Assembly: GCA_041483895.1 (NCBI GenBank)
Contig: JBGPGO010000015.1
Location: 6,526-70,525 of the forward strand
Direction of reading: 5' to 3'
Length of the DNA: 64,000 nt
Source of the DNA: Fimbriimonadia bacterium
Lineage (GTDB): Bacteria > Armatimonadota > Fimbriimonadia > Fimbriimonadales > JABRVX01
Under the pieces are notes generated by a model, which was not told where the DNA came from, did no database searches, and was given only the letters and a program-made list of their open reading frames with translations. Made by a program: the position numbers and the translations under genes. Below are positions 46,022 through 55,611 of the stretch, one piece after another. Every line of letters begins with the position of its first letter. Within the stretch, counting starts at the first letter, position 1.

Positions 46022-46846
46022 TCACGTCCTCCCCCAAAACTTGCCCCACGGCAAATGGCCCTTCGTCTCCAGCCATGTGCAGTACGAATCCCACGTCGGC
46101 GCCTCGTTCCAATCCACGAAATCGGCCCGCTTGATCTTCCCAGCGCTGCCATCCGCGCGCGCGACAGGGATCGAATCGCCCGCGTAGGAAAAGCGCGTGT
46201 CCCAGATCAGGTTGTACCAACTCCACGTGCCGGCAGTCTTGGACGGATCGAGCCAGTTGGATTGATAGGCGCGAATGTAGTACCAACCCACGTTCGTGCC
46301 GCCCCAAATGGTGGGAACGAACGCCACCCGTTGGGATATATCCTCCAGCTTGCTCAGCTTGCGACCATAGATAAACCGCCAATTTCCGCCCCGGCACCCG
46401 CCGTCCGTAACCCAAGATCCGGCGAAACCTGAATCGTTGATCGCGAAGGTCGTGATCTGCGACCAGTGGTAACTGCCATACGTGTCCTGTTTCAGCACCA
46501 ACCGCGTCGGGTCCCAGAAAATGTCGCGGCTCTTGGCATACGGGGTGAGCAACTCGGACCAGATCGGATGCTGGAACCAATTCGTGTCCGTGATCACGAT
46601 GCCGTCGTTGTTGTCACCGGCGTATAGATGGTTGGCCAACCCTACTTGCTTGATCTGTGCCAGAGCCGCTGTCGTCCGCCCGCTCTTCCGCGCCATCCCA
46701 AAGACGGGAAAAAGGATCGCCGCCAACAGCGCGATAATGCCGATCACCACTAACAGTTCGATGAGAGTGAAGCCTTTGCGGCGTTGGTTTACCGCGATAC
46801 TATGCCGCCACATATCGTTGGTGTCTTTTGCCATATCAATGATCAT
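46022..46846 (-). CDS. prepilin-type N-terminal methylation domain protein (DUF1559-like)
   Basis: RKGFTLIELLVVIGIIALLAAILFPVF, followed by a DUF1559-type region (..NHLYAGDNNDG..). Confidence 0.85.
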   Translation of the reverse strand: MIIDMAKDTNDMWRHSIAVNQRRKGFTLIELLVVIGIIALLAAILFPVFGMARKSGRTTAALAQIKQVGLANHLYAGDNNDGIVITDTNWFQHPIWSELLTPYAKSRDIFWDPTRLVLKQDTYGSYHWSQITTFAINDSGFAGSWVTDGGCRGGNWRFIYGRKLSKLEDISQRVAFVPTIWGGTNVGWYYIRAYQSNWLDPSKTAGTWSWYNLIWDTRFSYAGDSIPVARADGSAGKIKRADFVDWNEAPTWDSYCTWLETKGHLPWGKFWGRT

Positions 46847-46856
46847 CCATGAATTT

Positions 46857-47477
46857 TCACCTTTTCAGTTCCGAACTGAACCGGCGTTCCATCCATTCTG
46901 TAAGGCGAAGTATTGCCCGTATCTCTTCGAGAGAACCGCCGAAATCGTGATCCGTATGGACATGGAAAACCCTTTTCCCATAGCGCAGATTGTCGAGGGC
47001 GTTGAGAATTGAGCCGGGAAATTTGAAATCGACACACATGTCACCATCTTCCTTTGGCCCAACAAATATAAGATCGTATGGTTGCGCCTCTCCAGGTCTG
47101 AGCGTGTAACTGGGTTGAATGGATCCTCCCTTTGCCAATTGAGCCTGGGCAGCAGCAGAGAACTGCAGAACGATTCCGTTCTGGCAACCAGGAATCACCT
47201 CTTCCGGTCGGAATGTGAAAGGGACCCGCGTCGCGTTATTTGCGACCATTACTTTAATCAGATAATAGGCAGTGCCTTCCGCAGGTGTGAGCGCTCCCAT
47301 GTGATCCGTCTGAACCGCCTGGATCACCGTGTAGTCAACATCACCGAAGCGCAAGAAGCTTCCTGCGGGGACGCTCGCTGTCCGCTTCGAAAGCCCACAA
47401 TAGACGATCCAACCGCTGAGAATAACAAGGGCGCAAGTCGCAAACGCCGCGAACCAGTTTCGGCTATGTCTCCTCAT
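46857..47477 (-). CDS. hypothetical membrane-anchored protein
   Basis: N-terminal TM helix FAAFATCALVILSGWIVY, then a beta-rich domain. Sits 10 nt upstream of the pilin-like gene on the same strand. Confidence 0.6.
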   Translation of the reverse strand: MRRHSRNWFAAFATCALVILSGWIVYCGLSKRTASVPAGSFLRFGDVDYTVIQAVQTDHMGALTPAEGTAYYLIKVMVANNATRVPFTFRPEEVIPGCQNGIVLQFSAAAQAQLAKGGSIQPSYTLRPGEAQPYDLIFVGPKEDGDMCVDFKFPGSILNALDNLRYGKRVFHVHTDHDFGGSLEEIRAILRLTEWMERRFSSELKR

Positions 47478-47519
47478 AACATCAAATATCGGCCGGAAAA
47501 GCGCAGTTTGTTCCCAATG

Positions 47520-50500
47520 TCATTCAAATTGGACCGTCAGCGCCTGCCCGGCGTCAATCCGCCGCCCTCCCTGTAAATCCAAAACGATGCGATTTCCTTC
47601 CTGAGTATGTGTGAACGGGAGAGCGAGTTTATCCAAACTGACGGTAATCTGCTTCGGCGCGCCGGCAACCTCTAACGCAACAGTATTGACGTGGAGGCTG
47701 CCATGCCGGACAAGTATTTTCGCGTGCATCTTTTTCCCTGTCCTCTGTTGGCCAAAAGTCCCCCATCCTTCCGCTGCCGTGAAAGGCGCCCTAAAATTAT
47801 TCGGCGTCATGCGCGGAGCGAATTCGATATGACCCTTGGGGCCGTCATACTCAAACCCGCAGGCGCCCAGGAAAACACCATACGATGCCATCGCGCGCGC
47901 ATAGTGGTCGCTGCATTCAATTTCGTTGTATGGGTTGCGCCGTTCGCCGGAATAGCGATCGTGAATCGTGCGAGTAATAGTAAGTCCGTCCTGGACCAAC
48001 CCCTCATACATCATGTTCGCCGCGACCTGATACTCGAATCCGGTCATGCACTCATTGAAGTAGCCGACGACAAAATTGGCCGGGTCCGTTCCGCCTGCCT
48101 TGTCTCCGCCACCATGCGGGAAGGTGGTCATCAGCAGGCCCGGTTCGCCCGGGAGCGCGTACCAACGCCCGCCTTTGATCGGACTCTTATCCCGATAATT
48201 CCCGACGTCGGGCGCGTAATTATATCGATAAAGAGATTCCAGGGCTTTTTTGCAGTGCTCGACAGGAAAGACACGCGGAAGCCCCAATTGCCAAACCCAG
48301 CTTTGTCCGAAAACCTGATCGATATGGCAGCCCGTGTTGGTATTAATATGTTCCGGGTGATTTGGATCCGGTTTCTGGATGTAGTACTCTCCGTTCCAGA
48401 GCGTTTCATCGATCCCCTTCTTTCCTCGCTCGGCGATCTCCCTGCAGTTCTTCACAAAGTCCGCGTCTCCCACGTCGCGGGCCATCGCCTCGCCTGCCAG
48501 CAACACCGCGACATACATACCGCTGATCCACGCGATCCGTCCGGTCCACACGGCATCCAGAGTATTCGGCTGATCCCCTTCCAAAATGCCATCAGAATTG
48601 CCGTCTTCATGTATCAGATATTCAATGGATTTTCTGATCTTTGTCCAATTGCGCCGCAAGAACTTATCGTCCGCAGACATAAGATGTTCCCGATAGGCGC
48701 GCAGGATCGTACCGCACTGCCCATCGGTCGCGGGCGCATCCCATGCCTCCGCGCGGTGCCCGATGAGTCCAGTATCGGGATGGAATGCTATTCCATAATC
48801 CACCCTCTCGCGCGTATCACGTTCCAACTCCGGAAAGATCCGACCGACCGCCTGTGCATACTGCCATACGTGAGTGCATGTGCCTGCGCAACAGTATATG
48901 CCTTCGAATCCATAGAACCGTCCGTCATCAAAACGATTGCAGGTGGCGGATGCCAGAATGGACGTGTTGGCAAACGTACGATCCAGGAACCAATATGGCA
49001 GCGTGGAGTCATACCATGTATCGGTCCACTTCTTGGTGTCGCCTGCCAGCCGATCCATGTTCCTAATCACATATCGAGCGACATCCAATGCTGATTTGAA
49101 TTTGACGGAATAATATCGCTTGAAGATATCATGCCTCTGTAGCTCGTGGAACAACGGTCGCAGCGGATTCGGGAAGTACCATGTGACAACAAAAGTGACA
49201 GTATGCGTCGCACCGGGTTGCAGCTTAATCCGCTGTCCAACGGTATCCGCCATCTTGGCAGGAAACGGCAGGTCCGGAACGTGCTGCACCCAGCGATACG
49301 CCTCCGCCAGATCATCGCCCTCGGGATTGCACGGGCTGTCCCAACAGTCACCGTTTTCCATCATGGCCAGTCCCATCGATCCAAAATCCGATTCCTCTTC
49401 CAGCGCGATGGCCGGCCGGCGAGGATTATCGCTGAAAAAGATATCATCGAGCCCAATCTGCCCCCAGCCGCCCGTCTCCTGATCCAACACTTGCAGCACG
49501 CCGCTCTTTCCCATCCATTCGCGAACGTCCCACGACACGGGCCGCATCTCGTTAGAATTCCGTCCGGTCTCGGTTTTCACCACTTTTTCGTCAACGAGCA
49601 AATTGATGCAGGTCTTGCCGGGATGATTTCCGCCGCCTAACAAAAAGGTAATGAAATTGCGCTCGATGGTGAACGGGCGACTCGTCAGGCTCCCAAGATG
49701 CGTATCGGCCTTCACCACATCCTCGCCATGCCGCGTGTTGTGGGTGTTGACAACCCACTTCCCTTTCCCATGCACGTCGCCCTGATATTCCGGCATCTTG
49801 GCGATCTCCACCGGCCCGGTCCCAAACGCGCTTCCTTCCACCGTCCAACCTTCGTAGGTCTCCTTCTCAAAATCCTCGAACAATACATCCGGCCGATCCG
49901 GTTCCTTCTCCGGCGAGGACTTCGCGGTCAAGTGCGCGCACCGAAATCCAGGTTCGTAAACCATCGCGTCATTCAATAACCCCGATCGCGTCTTGCGGCT
50001 ATTCAGACAAACGGCGTTCTCCATATAGCCGAACAGGTCCATGTCCACCATCTCTTTCGACCGGTTCTTGACGGTGTAGGACATGACGGTCGCGGGCAAG
50101 CCCGAATCGTCGGCGTTGAGCGGGATAAAAGGCGAGAATGCGGTCAACGAGACCTCGACGGGGCACTCCGCGTCGGCATACGTGACTGAAGCCATTGGGT
50201 AGCGCCCAACGAAGCGAACATCCTTGAATCCCCGCGCGTCCAAATGCCGATACACCCGCGCGCCGGCCTTCTCATACGTAATCCCAAACCCGTTCTTAAA
50301 AGGCGACGTGGGCTTCATCGGGTTCTTGTAGTTGAAACCGACGGTTATTGGCCCGATGTTGGAAGGCGCCGGCTGGTTGAACACATCCCAGAGCCATAGC
50401 CGCCCGTCGCCGCTGAAATAGAGTTGTCCTGTGCAGATGCCGCCAATGGGCATTCCTATCCGCTGCAGCGCCTCGCCGGTATAGGCGGTCGGCGCGCCGC

Positions 50501-50681
50501 GTTCGTACAAGGACTTGATCCATGCCGGGGAAAGCTTCTTATCGGCGGGGACCAGAACTGTGGGCTGCTGGCCGAGAATCGGCAAAAGGTTGAAGCTGCC
50601 CTTGGGGATGGCCAGTCCAGCGGCCCCAAGAGCGGTGAGCGACAAAAACTCTCGCCTAGATACTTCGTTGTCTTTTTTCAT
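47520..50681 (-). CDS. GH116-family glycoside hydrolase (GBA2-type beta-glucosidase-like) with inserted lectin-like domain
   Basis: Start moved to ATG 50681, giving the Tat-type signal MKKDNEVSRREFLSLTALGAAGLA. IGMPIGGICTGQLYFSGDGRLWLWDVFN (GH116 N-domain) and FEGIYCCAGTCTHVWQYAQ (catalytic domain). Confidence 0.85.
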   Translation of the reverse strand: MKKDNEVSRREFLSLTALGAAGLAIPKGSFNLLPILGQQPTVLVPADKKLSPAWIKSLYERGAPTAYTGEALQRIGMPIGGICTGQLYFSGDGRLWLWDVFNQPAPSNIGPITVGFNYKNPMKPTSPFKNGFGITYEKAGARVYRHLDARGFKDVRFVGRYPMASVTYADAECPVEVSLTAFSPFIPLNADDSGLPATVMSYTVKNRSKEMVDMDLFGYMENAVCLNSRKTRSGLLNDAMVYEPGFRCAHLTAKSSPEKEPDRPDVLFEDFEKETYEGWTVEGSAFGTGPVEIAKMPEYQGDVHGKGKWVVNTHNTRHGEDVVKADTHLGSLTSRPFTIERNFITFLLGGGNHPGKTCINLLVDEKVVKTETGRNSNEMRPVSWDVREWMGKSGVLQVLDQETGGWGQIGLDDIFFSDNPRRPAIALEEESDFGSMGLAMMENGDCWDSPCNPEGDDLAEAYRWVQHVPDLPFPAKMADTVGQRIKLQPGATHTVTFVVTWYFPNPLRPLFHELQRHDIFKRYYSVKFKSALDVARYVIRNMDRLAGDTKKWTDTWYDSTLPYWFLDRTFANTSILASATCNRFDDGRFYGFEGIYCCAGTCTHVWQYAQAVGRIFPELERDTRERVDYGIAFHPDTGLIGHRAEAWDAPATDGQCGTILRAYREHLMSADDKFLRRNWTKIRKSIEYLIHEDGNSDGILEGDQPNTLDAVWTGRIAWISGMYVAVLLAGEAMARDVGDADFVKNCREIAERGKKGIDETLWNGEYYIQKPDPNHPEHINTNTGCHIDQVFGQSWVWQLGLPRVFPVEHCKKALESLYRYNYAPDVGNYRDKSPIKGGRWYALPGEPGLLMTTFPHGGGDKAGGTDPANFVVGYFNECMTGFEYQVAANMMYEGLVQDGLTITRTIHDRYSGERRNPYNEIECSDHYARAMASYGVFLGACGFEYDGPKGHIEFAPRMTPNNFRAPFTAAEGWGTFGQQRTGKKMHAKILVRHGSLHVNTVALEVAGAPKQITVSLDKLALPFTHTQEGNRIVLDLQGGRRIDAGQALTVQFE

Positions 50682-50762
50682 GGCTTGCCAATTGGTTCGA
50701 GCGAAAGCCGATAGGTTCCTGCCTCCCCAGCCGGTATAATTCCCGACCGTTAGGAGGCGGTA

Positions 50763-52676
50763 ATGCGACAACTCTTTATCCTTGTATGCATGGTCGGAAC
50801 AATGGCTTACTCACACATCAAACTCCCCGCAATCTTCGGCAACAACATGGTGCTCCAGCAAAAGGCCGTGGTCCCGATCTGGGGCACGAACCATCCCGGC
50901 GAGGAGGTCGTTGTGCACGGAAGCTGGGACAACAAGAAGGTTCGCGTGGTGGCGGGCCAAGACGGCAAATGGAAGCTGAAGATCCAAACGCCGGCGGCGG
51001 GCGGCCCATACGAGCTGACCGTCGATGGCGCTGATCCGGAAGATAAGACCGTGCTGCATAACGTGCTGATCGGCGAGGTGTGGGTCTGCAGCGGCCAGTC
51101 GAATATGGAGTTCTCCATGAACCAAACCGACCACGCCGCGGAGGACATCGCCGCTGCAAAGTATCCCAACATTCGCCTCTTTACCGTCCAGAAAAACATG
51201 TCACCAACCCCGCAAGCGGATTGCGTCGGCTCCTGGCAGCCCTGCTCCCCAGAAACCGTCCCCGGATTTTCCGCCGTCGCCTATTTCTTCGGCAAGAAGC
51301 TGCACCAAGAGATGAACGTCCCCATCGGCCTCATCCATACATCTTGGGGCGGTACCGAGGCCGAGCTGTGGACCAGCGAGGCGAAGCTAAAGACCCTTCC
51401 CGACTTCCGCAATGCCCTGGCCAAAACCGGCGACGCCCAGCGCAAATACGAATCGGATATGAAGCAATGGCAAGAAAGTATCCATCATGCCGACGCGGGT
51501 TGGGACAAATGGAACAAGCCGAACGCGGATGACATCGACTGGAAAGCCGCCAAAGTTCCGGCCCAATGGGAGCAGACGGACCTTCCCAATTTCGATGGCA
51601 TCGCCTGGTACCGAGCCACGTTCGCCGCGCCCGAAAGCTGGGCGGGCAAAGCCGTCACCCTGTCGCTTGGCCCCATCGACGATGAGGACATCACATGGGT
51701 GAACGGACGTCAGGTCGGCGCGAACAACAATTTCCAGACCGTGCGCCAGTATGTCATCCCCGCCGGCGTCGTAAAGGCCGGACTCAACAGCGTTGCGGTC
51801 CGCGTGACCGATACCGGCGGCGCGGGCGGCATCTATGGTCTGCCGGAACAGATCTATGCCGAAATGGACAGCCGGCGTGTTGCGCTGACCGATTGGAAAA
51901 TCAAGGTCGGCGCGGACAAGAAAGACCTGCCGCCCCTGCCGCAAGTGAGTGTGCGGCCCAATTCGCTCCTCTACAACGGCATGATCGCGCCGATTTTGCC
52001 CTATGGAATCCGCGGCGCGATCTGGTACCAGGGCGAGTCCAACGTCGGCCGGGCCTATCAATATCGAACGCTCTTCCCCGCCATGATTGAAAACTGGCGC
52101 GAAGATTGGGGCGAAGGCGCCTTCCCGTTCTATTTCGTCCAGATCGCGCCGTTTGCCTATGGCGCTAACGACATGAGCGCGGAGCTTCGCGAAGCGCAGC
52201 TCCTGACGCTGAAACTGGCGAATACCGGCATGGCGGTTATCTCCGACGTGACGGGAAACGTGCAGGACATCCACCCGAAGGACAAGCGCGACGTGGGCGC
52301 GCGGCTGGCCCTTTGGGCGCTCGCTCAGACGTATGGAAAGAAAGGATTCGAGTATTCCGGTCCGCTGTACAAATCGTACAAGGTGGACGGCAATCGGATC
52401 ATTGTCACCTTCGATCACGCCGTAGGGCTTATGGCAAAGGGCGGCGCGCCGACTGGCTTCACCATCGCCGGGTCAGACAAGAAATTCGTCCCCGCACAGG
52501 CGGAAATTCATGGCGACACGGTCATCGTCACTTCTCCCAATGTGCCAAACGCCGCGGCCGTCCGCTTTAGCTGGTCCGACGCCGGGGTCCACAACCTGTG
52601 CAACGCCGCCGGCCTCCCCGCCTCCCCATTCCGAACCGACACCTGGCCGGGCTTGACGGATGGGGTGAAGTGGTGA
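50763..52676 (+). CDS. sialate O-acetylesterase-family carbohydrate esterase
   Basis: IGEVWVCSGQSNMEFSM nucleophile motif, a central galactose-binding-like insert, AIWYQGESN. 637 aa. Confidence 0.88.
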   Translation: MRQLFILVCMVGTMAYSHIKLPAIFGNNMVLQQKAVVPIWGTNHPGEEVVVHGSWDNKKVRVVAGQDGKWKLKIQTPAAGGPYELTVDGADPEDKTVLHNVLIGEVWVCSGQSNMEFSMNQTDHAAEDIAAAKYPNIRLFTVQKNMSPTPQADCVGSWQPCSPETVPGFSAVAYFFGKKLHQEMNVPIGLIHTSWGGTEAELWTSEAKLKTLPDFRNALAKTGDAQRKYESDMKQWQESIHHADAGWDKWNKPNADDIDWKAAKVPAQWEQTDLPNFDGIAWYRATFAAPESWAGKAVTLSLGPIDDEDITWVNGRQVGANNNFQTVRQYVIPAGVVKAGLNSVAVRVTDTGGAGGIYGLPEQIYAEMDSRRVALTDWKIKVGADKKDLPPLPQVSVRPNSLLYNGMIAPILPYGIRGAIWYQGESNVGRAYQYRTLFPAMIENWREDWGEGAFPFYFVQIAPFAYGANDMSAELREAQLLTLKLANTGMAVISDVTGNVQDIHPKDKRDVGARLALWALAQTYGKKGFEYSGPLYKSYKVDGNRIIVTFDHAVGLMAKGGAPTGFTIAGSDKKFVPAQAEIHGDTVIVTSPNVPNAAAVRFSWSDAGVHNLCNAAGLPASPFRTDTWPGLTDGVKW

Positions 52677-52693
52677 GACTTAGGATACAATGA

Positions 52694-52981
52694 TTGATGA
52701 TGGAAATCAAAGTTTCGTACGATATCGAGCAGATCATAGCGGAAAAGGTGAACTCCGGTGAGTTTGAAACTCCGGAACAGGTTGTAGAGCGGGCGGTGCG
52801 GTTGCTTCATGAGCGGGACCGGGAAATGAAGAAAGAGCTTGAAGCACTCCTGCGGGAAATCCAAAAGGGCGTTGATGACATTGAATCCGGACACGGAATC
52901 GAACTAACGGACGAGGTCTTTGAAGAAATCGTCCAAGAGGCGCGTGCGGAGTTGGTAGCCGAAAACCGTGAGTCAGCATAG
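52694..52981 (+). CDS. parD: ParD-family type II antitoxin
   Basis: 95 aa. VNSGEFETPEQVVERAVRLLHERD...IQKGVDDIESG pattern. Sits 3 nt upstream of the ParE-like gene. Confidence 0.8.
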   Translation: MMMEIKVSYDIEQIIAEKVNSGEFETPEQVVERAVRLLHERDREMKKELEALLREIQKGVDDIESGHGIELTDEVFEEIVQEARAELVAENRESA

Positions 52982-52984
52982 GTT

Positions 52985-53293
52985 GTGGTCGCGAAAAAAC
53001 TGATCATCAGCCGTGATGCTCGGCGAGATTTGCTAGAGATTTACAAGTATCTTGAGATTAAGAGTGGAAATCCTTCGTCCGCATTTCGGGCGCTCCGGGC
53101 GATCTATCGGGAATTGCAGCGTGTGGGCCGTTCGCCGGGTGTTGGCCATATCCGAGAAGATTTGACGAAGAAGCCTTGGAGGTTTTGGAGCAAATTCAGT
53201 TATCTGATTGCGTACGAAGAGCAGGAAGCGAGCGTAACTGTCTTTCGCGTCCTTCACGCGGCGCGTGACCTACGCCGGTGGCTCGAGGGTTAA
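52985..53293 (+). CDS. parE: ParE/RelE-family type II toxin
   Basis: GTG start, 102 aa. ISRDARRDLLEIYKYL...YLIAYEEQEASVTVFRVLHAARDL is typical of ParE. Confidence 0.8.
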   Translation: MVAKKLIISRDARRDLLEIYKYLEIKSGNPSSAFRALRAIYRELQRVGRSPGVGHIREDLTKKPWRFWSKFSYLIAYEEQEASVTVFRVLHAARDLRRWLEG

Positions 53294-53302
53294 GGATTTC
53301 TT

Positions 53303-53325
53303 CCTTCACAGTCGCACTGTGAAGG
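53303..53325. repeat. 23-bp palindromic repeat, copy A
   Basis: CCTTCACAGT-CGC-ACTGTGAAGG, 10 nt after the parE stop. Confidence 0.85.
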
Positions 53326-53415
53326 GAGCACTTTCCGTAGCCGTGGGTCGAGTTGGCAGTCGCTTTCAGCTGCCCATAGCCAAGACCCACGGTGACCGTG
53401 CTGCAGCGAGGGCCT

Positions 53416-55290
53416 CTATTCTAAGAAATACCGCACGTTTGTGACCACGACGTTGCGTCTTCCTCCAAGCGCAAACTTCAGTTGAAATGCTAAGTTCTCT
53501 TGGAGGAAGCGGTGATACCATTTCGAGGGCACCGCCTCAGGAACAATCACGGTGACGGTCTCGTCGGGAAACTCCGCCCGCATTTGGTCCACGTATTCGA
53601 GGATCGGATCGATCAGTGATCGATAGGGCGAATCAAGGATGATGAGCGGCACTCCTGAAGCGAACAGATCCCACTCCTCCTTGATCTCAGGAACGGTCTT
53701 CGCATTGATCGAAACGTGGATCGCTCGGACCTCGTTGGTATGGAGACTGACGGCATAATCCAAGGCTTTTAGAACACCGCGGTGGATTCGCGGTACAAGA
53801 ACTAGGACAGAGTTGGTTGTTGCGATTCTCGAGGGTTGAAGATCGGCCCCAAGTTGCGTGGCAATGAAGTCGTAGCGGCCCTTAATTAGCCGAAAGCCGA
53901 CATAGAAGGCCAGCGTCAACACCGCGATCAGCCACGCGCCTTCGGAGAATTTCGTAACAAGAAGAACGATCGTCACGATCCCTGTGATGAGACCGCCAAC
54001 GGTGTTAATTATCATACTAAAGCCGTGACCAGGCTCCCCGATCTTTCTCCAATGCGCCACCATGCCGGCTTGCGATAACGTAAATGCGGTAAACACCCCA
54101 ACCGCATAAAGTGGCAGCAGCTGATCCAGCTCACCATGGTATACCCAGACAAGAACTGCCGAAGCCAGCGCAAGAAGTAGGATTCCGTTTTGGAACACCA
54201 GCCGGTCACCCTGCCGGGCCAGCGAGCGCGGCAAGTAACCGTCGCGCGACAACAGGCTCGATAACCTCGGAAAATCCATGAAGCTTGTATTCGCCGCCAG
54301 AATCAAGATTGCGGCCGTCGCGAACTGAACAAAATAAAAGAGTCCGCTGCCATGCCCAAAAGTCCAAGCCCCAATCTGAGCGACGAGCGTGGAATATGCG
54401 GGATTCTTCGTTGCATACAGCTCGATGTGAGGCAAATGCAATGCGATATAGCCAAGACCCAAGAACAATACCGTCAAAATGGAAGCCATAATCAGAAGCG
54501 TGCGGGAGGCATTTCGAGCTTCCGGAGGCCGAAAGGCGGGAACACCATTGCTCACAGCTTCTATCCCCGTCAACGCGGTGCAGCCGGCCGCGAAGGAGCG
54601 CAAAATGATGAACAGCAAAGGAAAACTGGCCTCACTCCCAATTGCGCCGGGCTCCGCGACGATCGTCTGTGCTCCGCCGGGCGTGTGCGCAGCTTTATAA
54701 ACTCCAAAGGCCAAGAGCAGCAGCATCGCGACCAAGAACCCGTATGTCGGCAACGAAAACAGCGCTCCGGATTCTCGAACCCCCCGCAAATTCCCGAATG
54801 CGATCACGGCGATACACATAACGCTGATTGGCACGAGTAAGTGATGGAGCGCCGGGTACGCCGACACGATCGCCGCGACGCCGGCCGCAACCGACACCGA
54901 CACCGTCAACACATAGTCGATCATCAGCGCGGCGCCGGCGATCAGACCCGGCGTTTCTCCCAAATTGCTGCTTGCAACAATGTAAGAGCCGCCGCCGCCT
55001 GGATAGGCATAGATCGTTTGCTTGTAAGACCATGCCACGATCCCGATCAATAGAGCGATGGATAGGGACAGCCAAAACTGCAACCCGGCAAGGCTCGCCG
55101 ATGAGAGAACAAGGACGCTCAGGATCGCCTCGTTCGCGTAGGCGCTGGACGAGAGATTGTCGGAAGCGAATACCGGCAGGCCGGTCAGGATGCCGAGACG
55201 TTCGTGGTGGGCTTCGGCCGTGGGAATGGGCGCGCCAAAGAGGATACGCTTGAGTTGCCGAAAGGGAGAAACGCGGACCTCCACACCCAT
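53416..55290 (-). CDS. APC-superfamily permease with C-terminal cytoplasmic domain
   Basis: LKRILFGAPIPTAEAHHERLGILTGLPVFASDNLSSSAYANEAIL N-terminus, about 12 TM helices, then a roughly 170-aa soluble tail. 624 aa. Confidence 0.85.
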   Translation of the reverse strand: MGVEVRVSPFRQLKRILFGAPIPTAEAHHERLGILTGLPVFASDNLSSSAYANEAILSVLVLSSASLAGLQFWLSLSIALLIGIVAWSYKQTIYAYPGGGGSYIVASSNLGETPGLIAGAALMIDYVLTVSVSVAAGVAAIVSAYPALHHLLVPISVMCIAVIAFGNLRGVRESGALFSLPTYGFLVAMLLLLAFGVYKAAHTPGGAQTIVAEPGAIGSEASFPLLFIILRSFAAGCTALTGIEAVSNGVPAFRPPEARNASRTLLIMASILTVLFLGLGYIALHLPHIELYATKNPAYSTLVAQIGAWTFGHGSGLFYFVQFATAAILILAANTSFMDFPRLSSLLSRDGYLPRSLARQGDRLVFQNGILLLALASAVLVWVYHGELDQLLPLYAVGVFTAFTLSQAGMVAHWRKIGEPGHGFSMIINTVGGLITGIVTIVLLVTKFSEGAWLIAVLTLAFYVGFRLIKGRYDFIATQLGADLQPSRIATTNSVLVLVPRIHRGVLKALDYAVSLHTNEVRAIHVSINAKTVPEIKEEWDLFASGVPLIILDSPYRSLIDPILEYVDQMRAEFPDETVTVIVPEAVPSKWYHRFLQENLAFQLKFALGGRRNVVVTNVRYFLE

Positions 55291-55582
55291 GAAACAACCC
55301 CTTCCGTTACCTAGATGGTGTGCCGGCGCTTGACTGCGGTAAGGCAGTTCGAACGCCTTTGTTGGTTGTCAGCCGTTGGGCCGCGACCAGAAAAGTATCG
55401 GAAGCATCGTACCAGCCACCCGAGCCGGCATTGGGCGATCTTTATGAAATCTTAATGCCCTATGCGGAGCGCCGGCACGGGGAGCGCTGGCATCCTGCCG
55501 GCATTGATCTCCCTGCACAATCCCCAATGTGAAGGACTTCGCAGCAGGTTGCCGGCGTGGGTCCCGACGAAGGGTCCAAATA

Positions 55583-55605
55583 CCTTCACAGTCGCACTGT
55601 GAAGG
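55583..55605. repeat. 23-bp palindromic repeat, copy B
   Basis: Sequence identical to copy A (CCTTCACAGTCGCACTGTGAAGG), 7 nt after the stop of gene 55612-56382. An extra half-site TGTGAAGG lies at 55528-55535. Confidence 0.85.
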
Positions 55606-55611
55606 CATTCC

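Noticed and set aside
45490-46580. ORFs 45490-46134 (+), 45745-46152 (-) and 45792-46580 (-) spanning the galM / pilin-like intergenic region
   Set aside because: They run through the GC-rich hairpin repeat (translated as ..TLPRKRGRG..) and through alternative frames of real genes. Their composition is Arg/Pro/Gly-rich with no motifs.
47691-49094. 467-aa plus-strand ORF inside the GH116 gene
   Set aside because: Antisense shadow ORF. The opposite strand carries strong GH116 motifs across the same interval.
51387-52418. 343-aa minus-strand ORF inside the esterase gene
   Set aside because: Antisense shadow ORF, Arg/Gly/Ala-rich with no motifs. The plus strand encodes the sialate O-acetylesterase-like protein.
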